This document shows, piece after piece, positions 25,501-37,025 of a stretch of 64,000 bases of DNA. The translations under genes and the position numbers were made by a program. This DNA is from Pseudogymnoascus verrucosus (Eukaryota). Every line of letters begins with the position of its first letter. Position 1 is the first letter of the stretch. Location of the stretch: the NCBI GenBank assembly GCA_001662655.1, contig KV460207.1. One strand, 5' to 3'. Below the pieces are notes generated by a model. The model saw only the letters and a program-made list of their open reading frames with translations, was not told the DNA's origin and ran no database searches.

Positions 25501-26421
25501 CAGAGTCTTTGGATCTCAAAGTTGCTCCTTGAGCACGGGGCAAATGTCAACGCTGTTGCTAATGACGGTAGCCGTCCATTGCACGATGCCGTTAAGGAGT
25601 CTAATATCCCGCTCATAGACATGTTACTTGCTAGGGGCGCCGCGTTGGATGTCAAGGACATAGAGGGACGCACTCCGTTAGATCTTGCTCTTGACGTCGC
25701 AACCCCCAATACCAGAGTCGTCACAGCTCTTATCGACGTCGGAGCTTCGGCTCCAGACAATGCGTTGTGGGAACTAGAAGTTGTGAAGAAAGGGGAAGTG
25801 CGGATTAAGAAACGGGAAAAGAGAGCGCAGTACTGGCCGCAACAGCCACGAGATATTTTTGAAACATCCTGGATTCTACAGCACCATGCTACATCTAAAG
25901 CTCTACCTCGAAACATTGTGCTTCGCATCCTAGATCTTTCAAGATACTGGCTCCGCTCGATCAGCAACCGCGAAGAGCCCATCGCTCTAAACGATGCCAC
26001 CTCCCGCCGAGCACCGCCCTACCTCACTACTGAACCCATAATCGGGCGCTCCCTCTCCCCTATCCGCGAACTCATCTTCGACGTCACAAGTCACGACCAG
26101 GGCTATAGTTCCTACCCCGAGTGCTACGGGACCTATGATAACTCGTGGACATACTTTGAGTACGGCGTTGCGACAAGGGGAGGGGGAGAGCAGCCGTTTG
26201 ATTACGAGGGCCTCGATCGCAGAGTCTGCGTGAATGTGCATGCAAAGCAAGCGGCTACTACTCATAGGAAGCCGATTAGGGATTATAGAAACGATGGTCT
26301 CTTGAAGAGAATCAAGGCAGGTGATCGAGTGCAGGTGTTTGCCCAGGCGAGGTTTCCAGGGTGGGTGAATTACGTAGAGAGGGTGAGCATTACGTTGTAT
26401 ACGACTTGTCTATTAGATTAA
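22561..26421 (+). CDS. Fungal NLR: SesA/HeLo-like N-terminus, NACHT, ankyrin repeats and an extra C-terminal domain
   Basis: ATG 22561 MSFGWSVGDLIAG; Walker A GIPGSGKT, Walker B FVLDGLDEC, GMFLWA, LVHASVKDFL; ankyrin repeats GKTPIYAA, WTALHWAA, GRTPLHLS, SRPLHDA. Confidence 0.92.
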   Translation: MSFGWSVGDLIAGLEVAIRIATALQDAGGAAEKYRQTTTYLLSLSTVLYQLHPPPPGLLAIAPDVKSVHSALQAFHSKLSTKFEKSLGSVPSDWVARVRSSPRKVEYALFMEKQVEALRIKLDVPLKAINLALGIAIHKQGRDNGEVGRETLEEVVDLKAALPGLEKAVLAGVQDIVLASAQREEADRMYTTVGAWCRAVPVADTFHTHLREMAASSCQWIFRREEFMRWRGGGPLEGHQPVLWITGIPGSGKTRLATRVVESLKGEGSAVAYFYCDTKDEGRRSALSILRTWTWQVLEQRPQQLGEVAKICAREPVPGEGSMEKALMCAVAGVEGLVFVLDGLDECEEETRKKLYPIAARLAATARVLIVSREMPGSHRALKSALPHEGGLVFYRIVDGDNTDDINDYLERAVRELEIGDEEVENTVISKLQEGASGMFLWATLMLEELSSPHFFAEEYLEGLDDLPDSLDALYARILTTLNASLKTRDVTRKLFRWLTCARRPLTLPEISTTLLITIDDEVLKSRSRMPDDKLRDTLLRYCGSLVAIHESRDGGSPTVTLVHASVKDFLLEQSSSKEAFGYLILDPEETQAILAQECLTYISYNNIDFDPNTMQADEPHMSFPPAEMGRRFEVYMEQYPLLIYASLNWFLHLVIAPRDRTYTSLTRFCTSIPKTISWLQVMLRYRGDRSVYSSSPGYADYTGITTLPHVLPQHGDELNKWLQPFRTVSEGRSNLPRYVQFMYCGMANDFLPKLSVAAYFDYADYLEDCLKKGMDPNLKNYRGKTPIYAAAMAESLDAAKVLIKHGADPNVIGPGGVVALVSAIRLDDWRNADAVPFRVAEFLIESGADPCYSNGGLLALACLCASSNDTHVVSLVSCMLKHGATKVINIGKNPYWTALHWAAKAKAARLVALLLENGAEVDIGFGGDRVNARKYETPLDQACSITQQAEDVVRILLEAGASVDALHRDGRTPLHLSCRQSLWISKLLLEHGANVNAVANDGSRPLHDAVKESNIPLIDMLLARGAALDVKDIEGRTPLDLALDVATPNTRVVTALIDVGASAPDNALWELEVVKKGEVRIKKREKRAQYWPQQPRDIFETSWILQHHATSKALPRNIVLRILDLSRYWLRSISNREEPIALNDATSRRAPPYLTTEPIIGRSLSPIRELIFDVTSHDQGYSSYPECYGTYDNSWTYFEYGVATRGGGEQPFDYEGLDRRVCVNVHAKQAATTHRKPIRDYRNDGLLKRIKAGDRVQVFAQARFPGWVNYVERVSITLYTTCLLD

Positions 26422-26656
26422 CGGCCTCTTACGTAGAGAATTGGTTTTACGCTCTTACCCTTTACCTTCTATTATGTGATAGCAACCATCTCAACCATGT
26501 CTCGTTTCGCCCGCCAGCCGTGTTTTGGAAATGGTGCAAAAAAGGGGCATCGTTCCTTCCCCGGATAGAAGGATAACAGATTGCTTCCAATCGCGTCACC
26601 GCCAACCTTACCAATCAACACAAGCACTTCTCGCAAAGCCAATACGCCCAAGCACA

Positions 26657-27357
26657 GCCAAGCACCATCCGTCAACCACGCAGCAAAATGCTTACGACGA
26701 CTCTGTACTCTTGGACACGGCCTGTCCCCAAGGGGCAGAAACATGTGGCACGACGGAGGCATCGGAGCGGGGTCTGGGCGAGACTGCCAAGACTTGGCGG
26801 GCGCAGAGGGACAAGAGACTCCGCCCCTTTGCCCAGCCCGGCCCTCGAGAGCGGAATTCCGACCAAGGACGGCTGGGCGTGGTTCCAGAGTCGGTTGGAG
26901 GGTCTTGGCGCCACAGCGGGGCTTGGTTATACGGTGGCCGGACATGGCCGGACAGGCAAATGAGCAAGTTCTCGGACATTTTGGCGGACAAAACGTGCAC
27001 AAAAGTGCGCACGAGGGATGAAAAGTCTTGGCACGGGCTGAAAACTGGGCACAGAGTGTGGTACTACGGTGACCAGAAATGCAAGGTGGCGAAATTGCCT
27101 CGGATAAGCAGGAATTTGTCTTGGCGTCATGGGTTTTCTTGGCTCCTTGGCCCGACCATGGGCCAAGTGACTCCGCCCTTGGCCTTTGTGTGGAATGAGG
27201 AAAGTCTCAGGCGAGAGGGGCGGAGGGGCTTGGGAGCGGCGGATTGGCTGGGCGAAGGAGGGGGTCTTGGCACCGGATTCGGAATTCCGCTGGATTGGCT
27301 GGGCGGTGGGGACCGGAGTCAATATTGGCATGGTTTGGCATGGGAAGAGGTCTTGGC
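26657..27357. promoter_or_regulatory. Cluster of PacC consensus sites (GCCARG) upstream of pacC
   Basis: GCCAAG/CTTGGC at 26657, 26786, 26793, 26904, 27027, 27120, 27138, 27146, 27162, 27178, 27266 and 27352; one more at 28324. Confidence 0.8.
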
Positions 27358-28344
27358 ATTAGATTATGGTGGGAGGGTTGGGAGGGATGGAGGGGAGAGG
27401 GGGTCAAGGGGGATTGAGGGATTGAACCAACAGAAATGTCGAAAAGTGACGATGGAGGGCGAGATGAGGGCGGGATCACCAAACGTGCTGCACTATAGAA
27501 TTACTCGGGCATGGTAAGTACTTTATAGTGCACATAGTAGCACACCCAGACCGAGATAATGACGAGACTGGCGGCACTCGCGGTGGGCTTTTTTGCTTAC
27601 TATTACGTTGGGTGGATGGGGGTGGATGGGTGGTGGATTTGTGTATCTTACTGATTCCCTACTTTGCTATTTTCCCTTTTTTAAAAAATCTTCCTATTTA
27701 TGACTTGTGATATCCGCCCCCCTCCTTCCTGTATTTCCCTTCATCTCATCCCATCCCAATATTCCCGTATACCCAACCCAATTACTCTAGACCATCACTT
27801 CATGTCTCGAGTAAGGAACGGCACCATCACTATACAATACCACCTGCATACTACTTCCACACCATCCAGAGTCTATTTGTTTTGTCCAACAACACCAAGC
27901 CTTGTCCTCCTCTGCGTTCCCCATAAAATACCATAAATAGGTACTCGGTCCTCCCCCTTTCGACCTTCCAAGCATCTTGTCACCGTCATAAAACCCGCAA
28001 AAAAGAGGAACGCTCCTTTCTCAAAACACCAAGACCATCACCCAGCCTCTGTTCCACGCGCCAGAGACGTGTCTTTTAACCAAGCAACTCGCTTGTTTGC
28101 TTAATGGGTTACTAAGACTTCGACTTCGAATATCTACTTCATCGTTACCTCGATATATCTCAACTTGACTCGAAACTCGATTGTTCGCCGCCGAGCATCG
28201 TTCCTTCCCCCAAGTTCGTCGCCTAAATCTTTATTTTTCCGCGCGCCTCCGTGGATTAACGAATAGGCTCTCACCGCCCAAGTCCCCTCCACTACTGGTA
28301 TACTTAACCTTACTTTCTGCCACGCCAAGAATCCTGCGATCATC

Positions 28345-30274
28345 ATGTCGTCCCAAGACCAACAGACGCAGACACGCCCAGTGGGCATGACGCCTCCAAC
28401 CACGACCGCCTCAACCTCCACCTCCACCTCCACTGATGCCAGCGCCCAGGTTAGCCGTCCCACTGTCGCCAGCGACGACAACCTCGCTTGCCAATGGGAC
28501 AAATGTACCGAGCGCTGCCAATCGCCCGAGGCCCTCTATGACCACATTTGTGAGCGCCATGTCGGTCGCAAGAGCACTAACAACCTCAACTTGACCTGCG
28601 GCTGGAATAATTGCCGCACAACCACCGTCAAGCGCGACCACATCACGTCTCACATCCGTGTCCATGTTCCGCTCAAGCCGCACAAGTGCGACTTCTGTGG
28701 AAAGAGCTTCAAGCGTCCCCAGGACTTGAAGAAGCATGTCAAGGTAAGCAAGCTGCTCACACAACCAAAAAATTAGAACAAAAACTAACATTCTCCAGAC
28801 ACATGCTGATGACTCTGTCCTTCTCCGTTCACCTGACCAGCACGGTGGACAGGTTGGTGGCTACCGTGCCCCAAACGGTAAACGTGGGTACTCTCCTTCC
28901 AGGCCACTCCTGGGATACTCTGGTGCTTTTGCGGTTTCTAACATGCACACAGCAGCCGGAGCCACAGGTTATTATGACCACTCCAACCCGCAAATGCACC
29001 AACCTAACGGAAACTACGGGCAGCCGCACCACAACGGCGGCCACAACGGGTACTACCAGCCTCAGCAAGCCCAGAGCTACGGGCCAGTTTACTACCCAGT
29101 GAACCAGCACGCAGCTGAGATGGGCCACCACGCAAACTACGACCCAAGAAAGCGCGGCTTTGACGCCCTGAACGACTTCTTCGGTGATGCCAAGCGTCGC
29201 AACATCGACCCAACTTCCTACCCCCAGGTCGGCCAGCGCCTGATGCACCTTCACGGTCTCCCCATCCAAGGCGGAGCCTTGATTGATTACATGCCATCGC
29301 AACCCCTGATGGCCGTAGGAGGAGGCGGTCACGGCCACGGCGTCGCCTCGATGCCGCAGCCACACTACTCCCTCCCAATGCCCAACCTGAAGACGAAGAG
29401 CGATCTCCTCAACATCGACAACTTCCTTGACCAGATGCAATCCACCGTCTACGAGAGCTCCAGCGCCGCCGCCGCCGCCGGCATCCACCAACCTGGGGGC
29501 CACTACACCCACCAAGCCATGGGCTTCCGGCAATCACAGTCACCCCCCCAGACCGCCGCGCAAAACCTAGGCGTCTCTATTCCCCAATCATCCGCGCCAT
29601 CCTCCTCCCACATGGCCGCCACACACTCCCCCCAATCCAGCGCACCCGCACTCACTCCTCCCTCAACAATGTCCTACACCACCGCCCACTCCCCATCTTC
29701 CGTCCCCGGCCTATCCCCCGGCGACTCCTCCCGCCACGCTTCCACCCCAGTTGCATACCCTACCCTCCCCGCCGTCTCCTCCGCCTACGCCCCTCACACC
29801 ACCTCCCCCGTCTCCACCTTAGGGACAAACTTCGACTCCGACCCCCGCCGTCGCTACAGCGGCGGTATGCTCCAGAAGTCCGCCGTCGCGCCGCGTGTCT
29901 CCCCACCTGCACGCGACGAGTCCACCACCCCTGACGCGAAGCGCCCGTACGGCGCGCGCGCGGAGTCTAATATCGACCCTGCGCTGTCGGGTGGTGTGAG
30001 CAGTCCTGGTGTTAGCAGTCCTAGCGCGAGCGGGACGGAGGAGGGTGATGCGCGGGATCGCGCGGAGGAGGTGTGGGTTGAGAATATTAGGGTTATTGAG
30101 GCGTTGAGGAAGTTGATTGCTGATAGGCTTGAGCGTGGGGAGTATGAGGATGATAAGGAGGGAGAGGATACGGAGATGGGAGAGGCGCAGGAAGAGGAGA
30201 AGGAGAAGGAGGTTAAGGCTGAGGAGAGTCTGTATCCCGTGCTGAGGGCGGCGATTGATGCTGCTGATGCTTGA
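28345..30274 (+). CDS. pacC: pH-response C2H2 transcription factor PacC/Rim101
   Basis: CQWDKC...[78 protein letters not shown]-terminal LYPVL (YPxL) motif; two introns. Confidence 0.97.
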
Positions 30275-30777
30275 ACGGGTGTGTTGTGTGTTTGCTTTTT
30301 TTGGTTTGAATTTTAGAAGTAGTTTTGGGAGCTGGCGTTGGGGTAATGAGTTTTGTGAAAGAGATGTTTGATATCATTGTTGCAGCTGCTGCAGTCATTT
30401 GTTGTTCAACAGTACGGTTAGCCTAGGAACATTGCTATAATGAATAATTATTGTATGCACACTTCATCCTACTCTGGGTCTTCATGTGAAAAATCTCTTG
30501 TAAATGTAGTTTGGTAAAGCTGTATTAAGGCCTATCAATATTGAGCATCGTCACCAGTCTTGCTCGAGTACGCCATATTCTCTTGGATCAAGCCATGCCC
30601 TGCCTTGCGTGAAATGTAAATCATAAAAAGGTATCTCCATCGCAAAACTCCCATTTTGAGTGCCCACTCACGTCCTATAAAAGCACCCCATCACACGCAC
30701 GACCTAAACGCCAGTTCGACCCTCAATCGCACCTCTTACACATTCATACCAATACATCTCCACAACAGCGAAGCCAT

Positions 30778-33189
30778 CTACTTCTTCTGTCCCCTCGCCG
30801 ACACCTCCCCTTTCTCCCCAATATGCAACGACACGCGACAATCAGGACAATACCACTTCGTCGTTCTCGGCGGGAGCGTCTCGATCGTCAATCCCACGCA
30901 CGGGAGATGGAACCACTCATACTGGCACTATACTCTATTAGCCCCTGACCACACCAACACCACCAAATCCAACAAAAAGTTGTAACAGAAACAACATACC
31001 TGATTATTCTCACAAGCAATCATCTCCCCAAAACTAACCCCATTACAAACACAATACCTCGGCTCGTTAGGATCAACAGGCACCCCATCTTCATCAACCT
31101 CCACATCCGGCTCCTGCACCACCGCCTCCCCCTCTTTAACACCCCGCTTCCCCGCCTTGCGCTTCGGTGCTGCAGTTCGCTTGCCTACGCTTATAGCTGC
31201 CGCGCCTGGTTCGCCAGCTGCGACAGGGCCAGGGGCGGGACGTTTCGCGCGGCGGCTGGGTGGGCGTGTTGGGACTTCCGGGGCGGGTGTTGCGCGTGCG
31301 GTGCTCGCGCGACGGGTGCGGCCGGGTTCTACACTCGCAGCTTTACCCCGGGACGGAGGTCGGCGACCTGAGGATAGAACGGGGAGATTGAGGTCGGGCA
31401 GGGCGTCGAGGGAGGGGATCGGAGTTCTCGTTGCGGATCGCCTGGCGCGGGAGGTATCCGGCGTTGGCGCGAGGGCGGGGGATTCAGTAGTTGAGGATAG
31501 TACGGATGGCTTTTTAGTGTCGCCGCGGAGGATTTTCTTGTCCTTGAGGGGAGGAAGGATAGGCGTAGATGATTTGCGTGGGGAGGAGGCGCGGAGGGGG
31601 ATGCTGGTTGTGGTTGTGACTGTTGTGGGTGCGGCGGCGGAGCCTTCAGCGGCGGGGGGGAGCTCGATGGTTGCGCGGGTTCGTTTGGCGGTTTGGGGGA
31701 TGATGGAGCGGGTGGATTGGGGAGGGCGGACGGGGGTTTCGGTTTTGGCTTTCTTGGCTGCTGGGGTTTTGAGGGTGTCGGCCTCGGCGCCGGCTGCTTC
31801 GATGTCTGTTGTCGATTCTCTCTTTCGTTTCCGTGCCGCTGCACTCTTGGAGGGTGTCTTTGCCGTTGGGGTTTCTGAGGAACCATTGCTAGCTCCGTTG
31901 TCACGAGCCGTGCTGAATAGCCCTCTCATTACCCTTGCTGTATCGGCCAGTTTTCGCGCTGACTCTTCCGCTTCTACTGCGGCTAGCTTTGCGAGAGATT
32001 CCTTCTTGGCTTTCTTCTGCTCGTTGAGCTTCATTCCCTTGTTCACTATGGGGAGTTCTTCGTCCTCTTCGAGATCCTCATCCATAGCTGCGCCGTTACT
32101 TGCAGCTGCAGCGCCTCCTTGTGATTCCCATGTTCGGTCAAACGGTAGGCCGGCGGCTTCTGCCTCAGCCTTCGCTGCTCGGTAGTGCGAGAGGGATCGT
32201 TCTAGAATAGCGAGCTCTCTGTTTATCATCGTGGTGCTTGGTTGCCAGACTGCGTTCTTCTTCATGCGTTTCCGTAACTTAGCCAACTCAAACTGAGTCA
32301 AACGTCCCCAAGGCCTGTGTTCACTTCCAACAGGTGCTCCATCAGGCGGTGGCTTCAGTTTTGCTAAAGCATTGCTCGTAGAGATGCCTGCGACTTGGCT
32401 GTGGACATTGGTCCCCATAACTCCGGGTGGTCTAGGTGCACGAGGCGTCTTCGGTGTCCTATCAACCAGTTTAAGCTTCGGAACCTTCAGCTTTATCCGC
32501 TTCGTGCCACTGGTCGAAACACGTCTCTGCGATGGCTTGGGTGTCGCAGGTTGTTCATCTGCAGTCGCGGAAATATCACTGTCTGAGTCGTACGTATCCC
32601 AATCAAACTCGTTGGGCGCAAGCACTTCTCCCGGAACTGTAATTCGCGGGCCTCTCTTCACTCGAGCGCCTTTATGTGCGCCAGGTTCTCCGAGGCGGAG
32701 TGTGATCTTCGGAATCCGTGTGGCCTGGGGCGACACTGATTGAACCGCATTTGCCGCCTCTTCTTGAGCTGCTGGGAAGGCTTCCAGTAGCCCTTCAAGT
32801 TTTTGTTGTATATATATCAGCTTTTGGTAATGGCGATCGATATTTGCATCCATGCGATAGGCCTCAGCTTGCGCCAGAGTTCGGTTGCTCACTACGTGGT
32901 TGAGCTGCTCCGATATGTCCTCTCGCAGCTGCGGCGGATCAGGACGTTCGGCGGGATCCATTGCCGGGAGGTTTCCATACATCCTGCTCAGGTCTTCGAG
33001 TTCAGCAGATGCGATTGTGTATTTGTAGTCGAGCTTTTCTATGAGGGCCAAGGATCGGTTCATATCCGACGGAAGGTATTCGGTGAAGTCGAGGAAGTCG
33101 GTAACGGTAGCCTGCGCGTCCGGGTCGGACGGCAGCTCTATGCTGACCATGTTCTCGTCCATGTTGCCCATTCTGCCCATGGATTGCAT
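30778..33189 (-). CDS. ING-family PHD-finger chromatin protein
   Basis: ING N-terminal DFLDFTEYLPSD; PHD EPRYCVCNGVSFGEMIACENN, intron, CQYEWFHLPCVGL...KWYCPDC. Start could lie further upstream. Confidence 0.85.
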
Positions 33190-33874
33190 TGTATGCGCTG
33201 AGTTGGAGCTGCCTTTGGCAATAATATCCCGGCGGGGGCGCAAAGACGTGTGAGGTGCCTCTACAGAGAGTATTTTGGAGGCATGTTCCAGCCGGACGGA
33301 TCTTAAAGAGGCAGTGCTATCGAAGCCACTCTGATGTTTGTGGTCGTATTTATCTGGGAGATGGGCAGAAGAGTTTCGGTGTAGTGCTTGGAGGGAAAGA
33401 GTGAAAGTCGATGCGCCTGAAAGACAATCAGTCAATACAATAGGTTCAAGCTCGCGGTCGACGCGCCTCACCACGTGATATTACGCTAGCGGCCGCAGGG
33501 AACGAGGCTGAAATCGTAGTCAACGACACCTGAGAACTGATAATTGTTACTGAAGCCAATGTAATTTCTCCCTTTAGCTCAATTTTTAATGTTCTAACTT
33601 GTGGAAATGCCCTAATATAATAATCATAGCTTATGCATATGGTCGATTCTCTACAATGGCCACTCAAGCGCCCTTGCAAGTTAAACACATCGTACCACCC
33701 ACGCTAATTTAAGCCCAATATAAATCCAATGTTGCTTCGACCTCAACTCAACACCTCTTAATCATCTGGCCCCATTTCTCGCTCATTAAGGCCTTGCGAT
33801 CTACGGCCTTGTCTCACTCGTTTTTTAGAGGTCTAGCTACTAAGAGCCTAAAAGGGCAAAAAAAAAAGCAAAAA

Positions 33875-33918
33875 CATATAACAGTAGGTATTTGCTAGTA
33901 GTCGCCTACCTAACTACT
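33875..33918 (-). pseudogene. Truncated, RIP-mutated 3' half of a 5S rRNA gene
   Basis: catataacagtaggtatttgctagtagtcgcctacctaactact aligns with the 3' end of the 5S copy at 43659, mostly via C>T/G>A changes, with a Pol III T-run beyond its 3' end; similarity ends abruptly at 33918. Confidence 0.85.
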
Positions 33919-33924
33919 TTAGCT

Positions 33925-34389
33925 CTAAGTCTAATCCTAAGAATATCTAAAGAATAAGGCATCCTTATACCTATTATTAACCCTATATATGTTTTACTTA
34001 ATCTACGTAGCTATTAGGAGTTAGGATATTAGATCTAAAATAGTTAAAATCTAGTATTTCTACTTAATTTCATTAAGTAGCATTAGCATAAACTTACTAA
34101 GCAACTAGAGATACGTACTAGGCTTTAGTAGTTCTATAATTTCATAGGTAAAGGAGGTAATATAGCTGTAAACATTTAACTTTAAGAGGTCTTTAAGTCC
34201 GTTAATCCTAGCCTAAGAGAACTTAAACTTCACGTAGCAAAAGAGGATTAACAGATAGGCTTGTCTAAGCCGTTTGCTAGCGTAGGAAAGATCTCTAACC
34301 TTCTAGGGTGCAAGGTGGCTAACAACGGCTTATAGAATCTCTATTAGGAGCGTCTTAAGAGGCGATAATTTAGGAGTGCTAATGGCCAT
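33925..34389 (-). pseudogene. RIP-inactivated F-box-like gene remnant
   Basis: From ATG 34389: MAISTPKLSPLKTLLIEIL*AVVSHLAP*KVRDLSYASKRLRQAYL..., an F-box-like LP.EIL..I...L pattern with in-frame TAA/TAG stops in TpA-rich DNA. Confidence 0.6.
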
Positions 34390-35098
34390 TGTAGAGACGT
34401 TAGAGGGCTGTTAATAATTCGATTGCAGGTAGGAAAGATGAGGCTAGAGGGAAAGAAGGGGAGTCGAGGGCGATTTATAATAGGAAGGACTAGCTAAGTC
34501 ACTCGCTAGCTATGTAATCTACGCTAGGTGGAACAGTGGAGCCACTGCCGAGCTGGTCTACTAGGGTTTTCCACGCACACTAGCCTTAGCAATCGATACC
34601 GCCACTCGCGGGTGGGAAGCTTAAGTAGACAACAATGAACAGCCTTATTTAGCAATGCAATTTACAGGGAGGCGTCACTAGGAACACTTAACATCTTAGA
34701 CCTTTCGCCTTTAGACTCTCTTCCGTGCATGCGCGGGCATCACGTGAGACATTGTAGCTATTGCATTAGATATTACTTGACTTGAGTGGCGAGGGTCGAT
34801 TGAAATCACGCATCGGTCTTGAGAAAAAGTCCTGCGAGAAATCTCCCACAGGCTGCCATGTAACAGCTCGAGATAAACGTAACCACGAATGGAAGTCTAC
34901 TTTAAGGAGTTGGGGGTGAGAGGAAACAGATGTGAGATTTACTTACATCTTATAGTTAGAGTCACGTATCCTTTTATTTCTTCGTTAACCCAAAAGGAGG
35001 TCGAACAGCTAGGCACTTCAAGAGACGCAATTAAGATAAACTACTTGATGCTACACAAAACTACCGTCAAATTTGTCTTTTTGTTGACTGGATTTCAC

Positions 35099-36429
35099 CT
35101 ATAAGGTGATGACAATCTTTGTCTTCATAATATCCAAGGGCCAGCTCACAAAATCCCGCCATTCATCCACTAGAATTGCCTTAATAGCGTAAACCTCCCT
35201 CTCCCCCCCATCGCCAATGTACCAAAACTCACGCAACAAGGACAGAAGCGCAAAGTAATGCATTAGAATCACCAGTGCTCTTGGTCGCAGCTCCTCGACC
35301 AAGTCCAAGAATCGTGGAGGCGCCAACATTGGAAACACCACTAGTCTTCTGCAGATATCCCCAGTAGCCTCGTGATTGTTCACGGCTATCCAGATCCCAC
35401 CTATGTAGCTCAGCGTATCCTCATACGCTTCTTGAATCCCCTTGTCCCAAGGCTCGGTGAGCTCATCACTCGGCTTTCGGTGCAGTAAATGCAAGAAATC
35501 CCGGCGATTGTCCACTCCCAGTCTCGCATCTGTGTCCAGCGCGATTGGCAGTCTACGTATCAACTGTGCTGCAATAGACTCTTCATCATCGCTAGCAAGC
35601 CTCCACGCCTCTTTGAATATCGTGGCTGCGCTGTTTGTCATCCGCAGCCACTCCATCGGTGGGCTGTAAGGGCAAAGCGAACGGTGTTGCAGCATAACAA
35701 ACGAACAAATACGGAAAATGCTCGAGGTCAGGCATGTAATGTCCACGTTAGCTCTGCTGAGCTTGGATACTTCCACACTGTGCTCGTGCAGAGCCATTTC
35801 CAAGTAGGTCTGGTGAGCATCAATCACTATTGGATCTTTGAAAGCATCGGTTTTGGCTATATGCAGGGCTGCTACAGAGTACATCGCATACTGCAGGGCC
35901 TCGGACCGGAACGACCAAAGTGGAATGAGTTCACACCAGGCACTTCTGGAGTGGTCGTCGATGGCAATTGCGGGCCCAGTTTTGGACATATACTGATGGA
36001 GCAGTCTGAGCTCTAATGTACGCCGAGCCTTGGATTCTGGGGGACCATCCGAGCCATTGCTTCGGGGGTTGACCTCGGCCACTTTGGTAGATATAGCCGG
36101 CGATGTCCAGAGTGGTCCATCAGTAGAACGTCTGCTTGATTCGAATGTCTCCTGATTGCGGTCATACAGGCACGGCATTCGATGCCGCGCACAGTGGCTA
36201 CAGCTGGGTTTGGCTTCATTGCACTAAGGATCTGTCAGAGACGTTGTCTTATCACTTAGCAGGAGTTGAATAAGCGGCATGGGACGAGTCGATAAGGCAT
36301 CCATACCTTCACTCTGCGCGCTCTGCACAACTGACAGCCCGTCCTCGACTTCTTGTGGAACATCTTTGCAGGGGCGGGCTGGAAGCCCATGACAGATACA
36401 GGCATGTTGACCGGAGCGTCGCCACTCAT
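35099..36429 (-). CDS. Zn(II)2Cys6 transcription factor (Upc2-like C-terminal domain)
   Basis: HKKSRTGCQLCRARRVK, intron, CNEAKPSCSHCARHRMPCLY; LELRLLHQY; PRALVILMHYF. Confidence 0.9.
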
Positions 36430-37025
36430 ACTGCTCCGATCCCGGGTCCAAAGGGGCGAGGCGCTGGGATAGTGGAGCAGATAGAAGAACGGTTGAAGTT
36501 TGGTCGTTGTACAAGCAACCCGTCCCAAGTCACTGGACGTTAGCGTAGGTCGTGGCGTAAGTCGGGCAATGACGTACAGTACAAGTAAAAGCAGCAATGG
36601 CCTAAGAGTGGGAACACGGAAGCAGAAGGCGGAGGACGGTTATGGTGTGGTCTTGGCGTGGGAGCGACTATAGCTCACAGAGAATTAGGCATGGCAAACA
36701 AATAAGCTAACTTGAAGGGTTAATGAGGAATAGACTATGCACGGGCCCACTGGGTCATAGACAAAAATCGGCCAGCCCTACGGGGCCTAGATATAGGGAC
36801 GCATGTCACAGACTAAGCACGCTTACTTTGTGACCTCATGAATGATGCGTTCGTATAAATTTCCCCCCTACTGTACACATTGGACATCTTCCGAGCAAAC
36901 ATATTAGAATGGCTTTGATCTGGCCATTTAAATGCATCCACTGTCGGCGCCTGTATCACTTCACTTCCACGCGACCTAAATTCGTAGATGAGAATTAAAG
37001 CTCACCGACCAACTATCTTCACGCC

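Noticed and set aside
26525..27517. 330-aa ORF and overlapping ORFs upstream of pacC
   Set aside because: No protein-like motifs; the region is GC-rich promoter DNA dense in PacC boxes.
31157..32185. 342-aa plus-strand ORF
   Set aside because: Antisense shadow of the low-complexity region of the ING/PHD gene.
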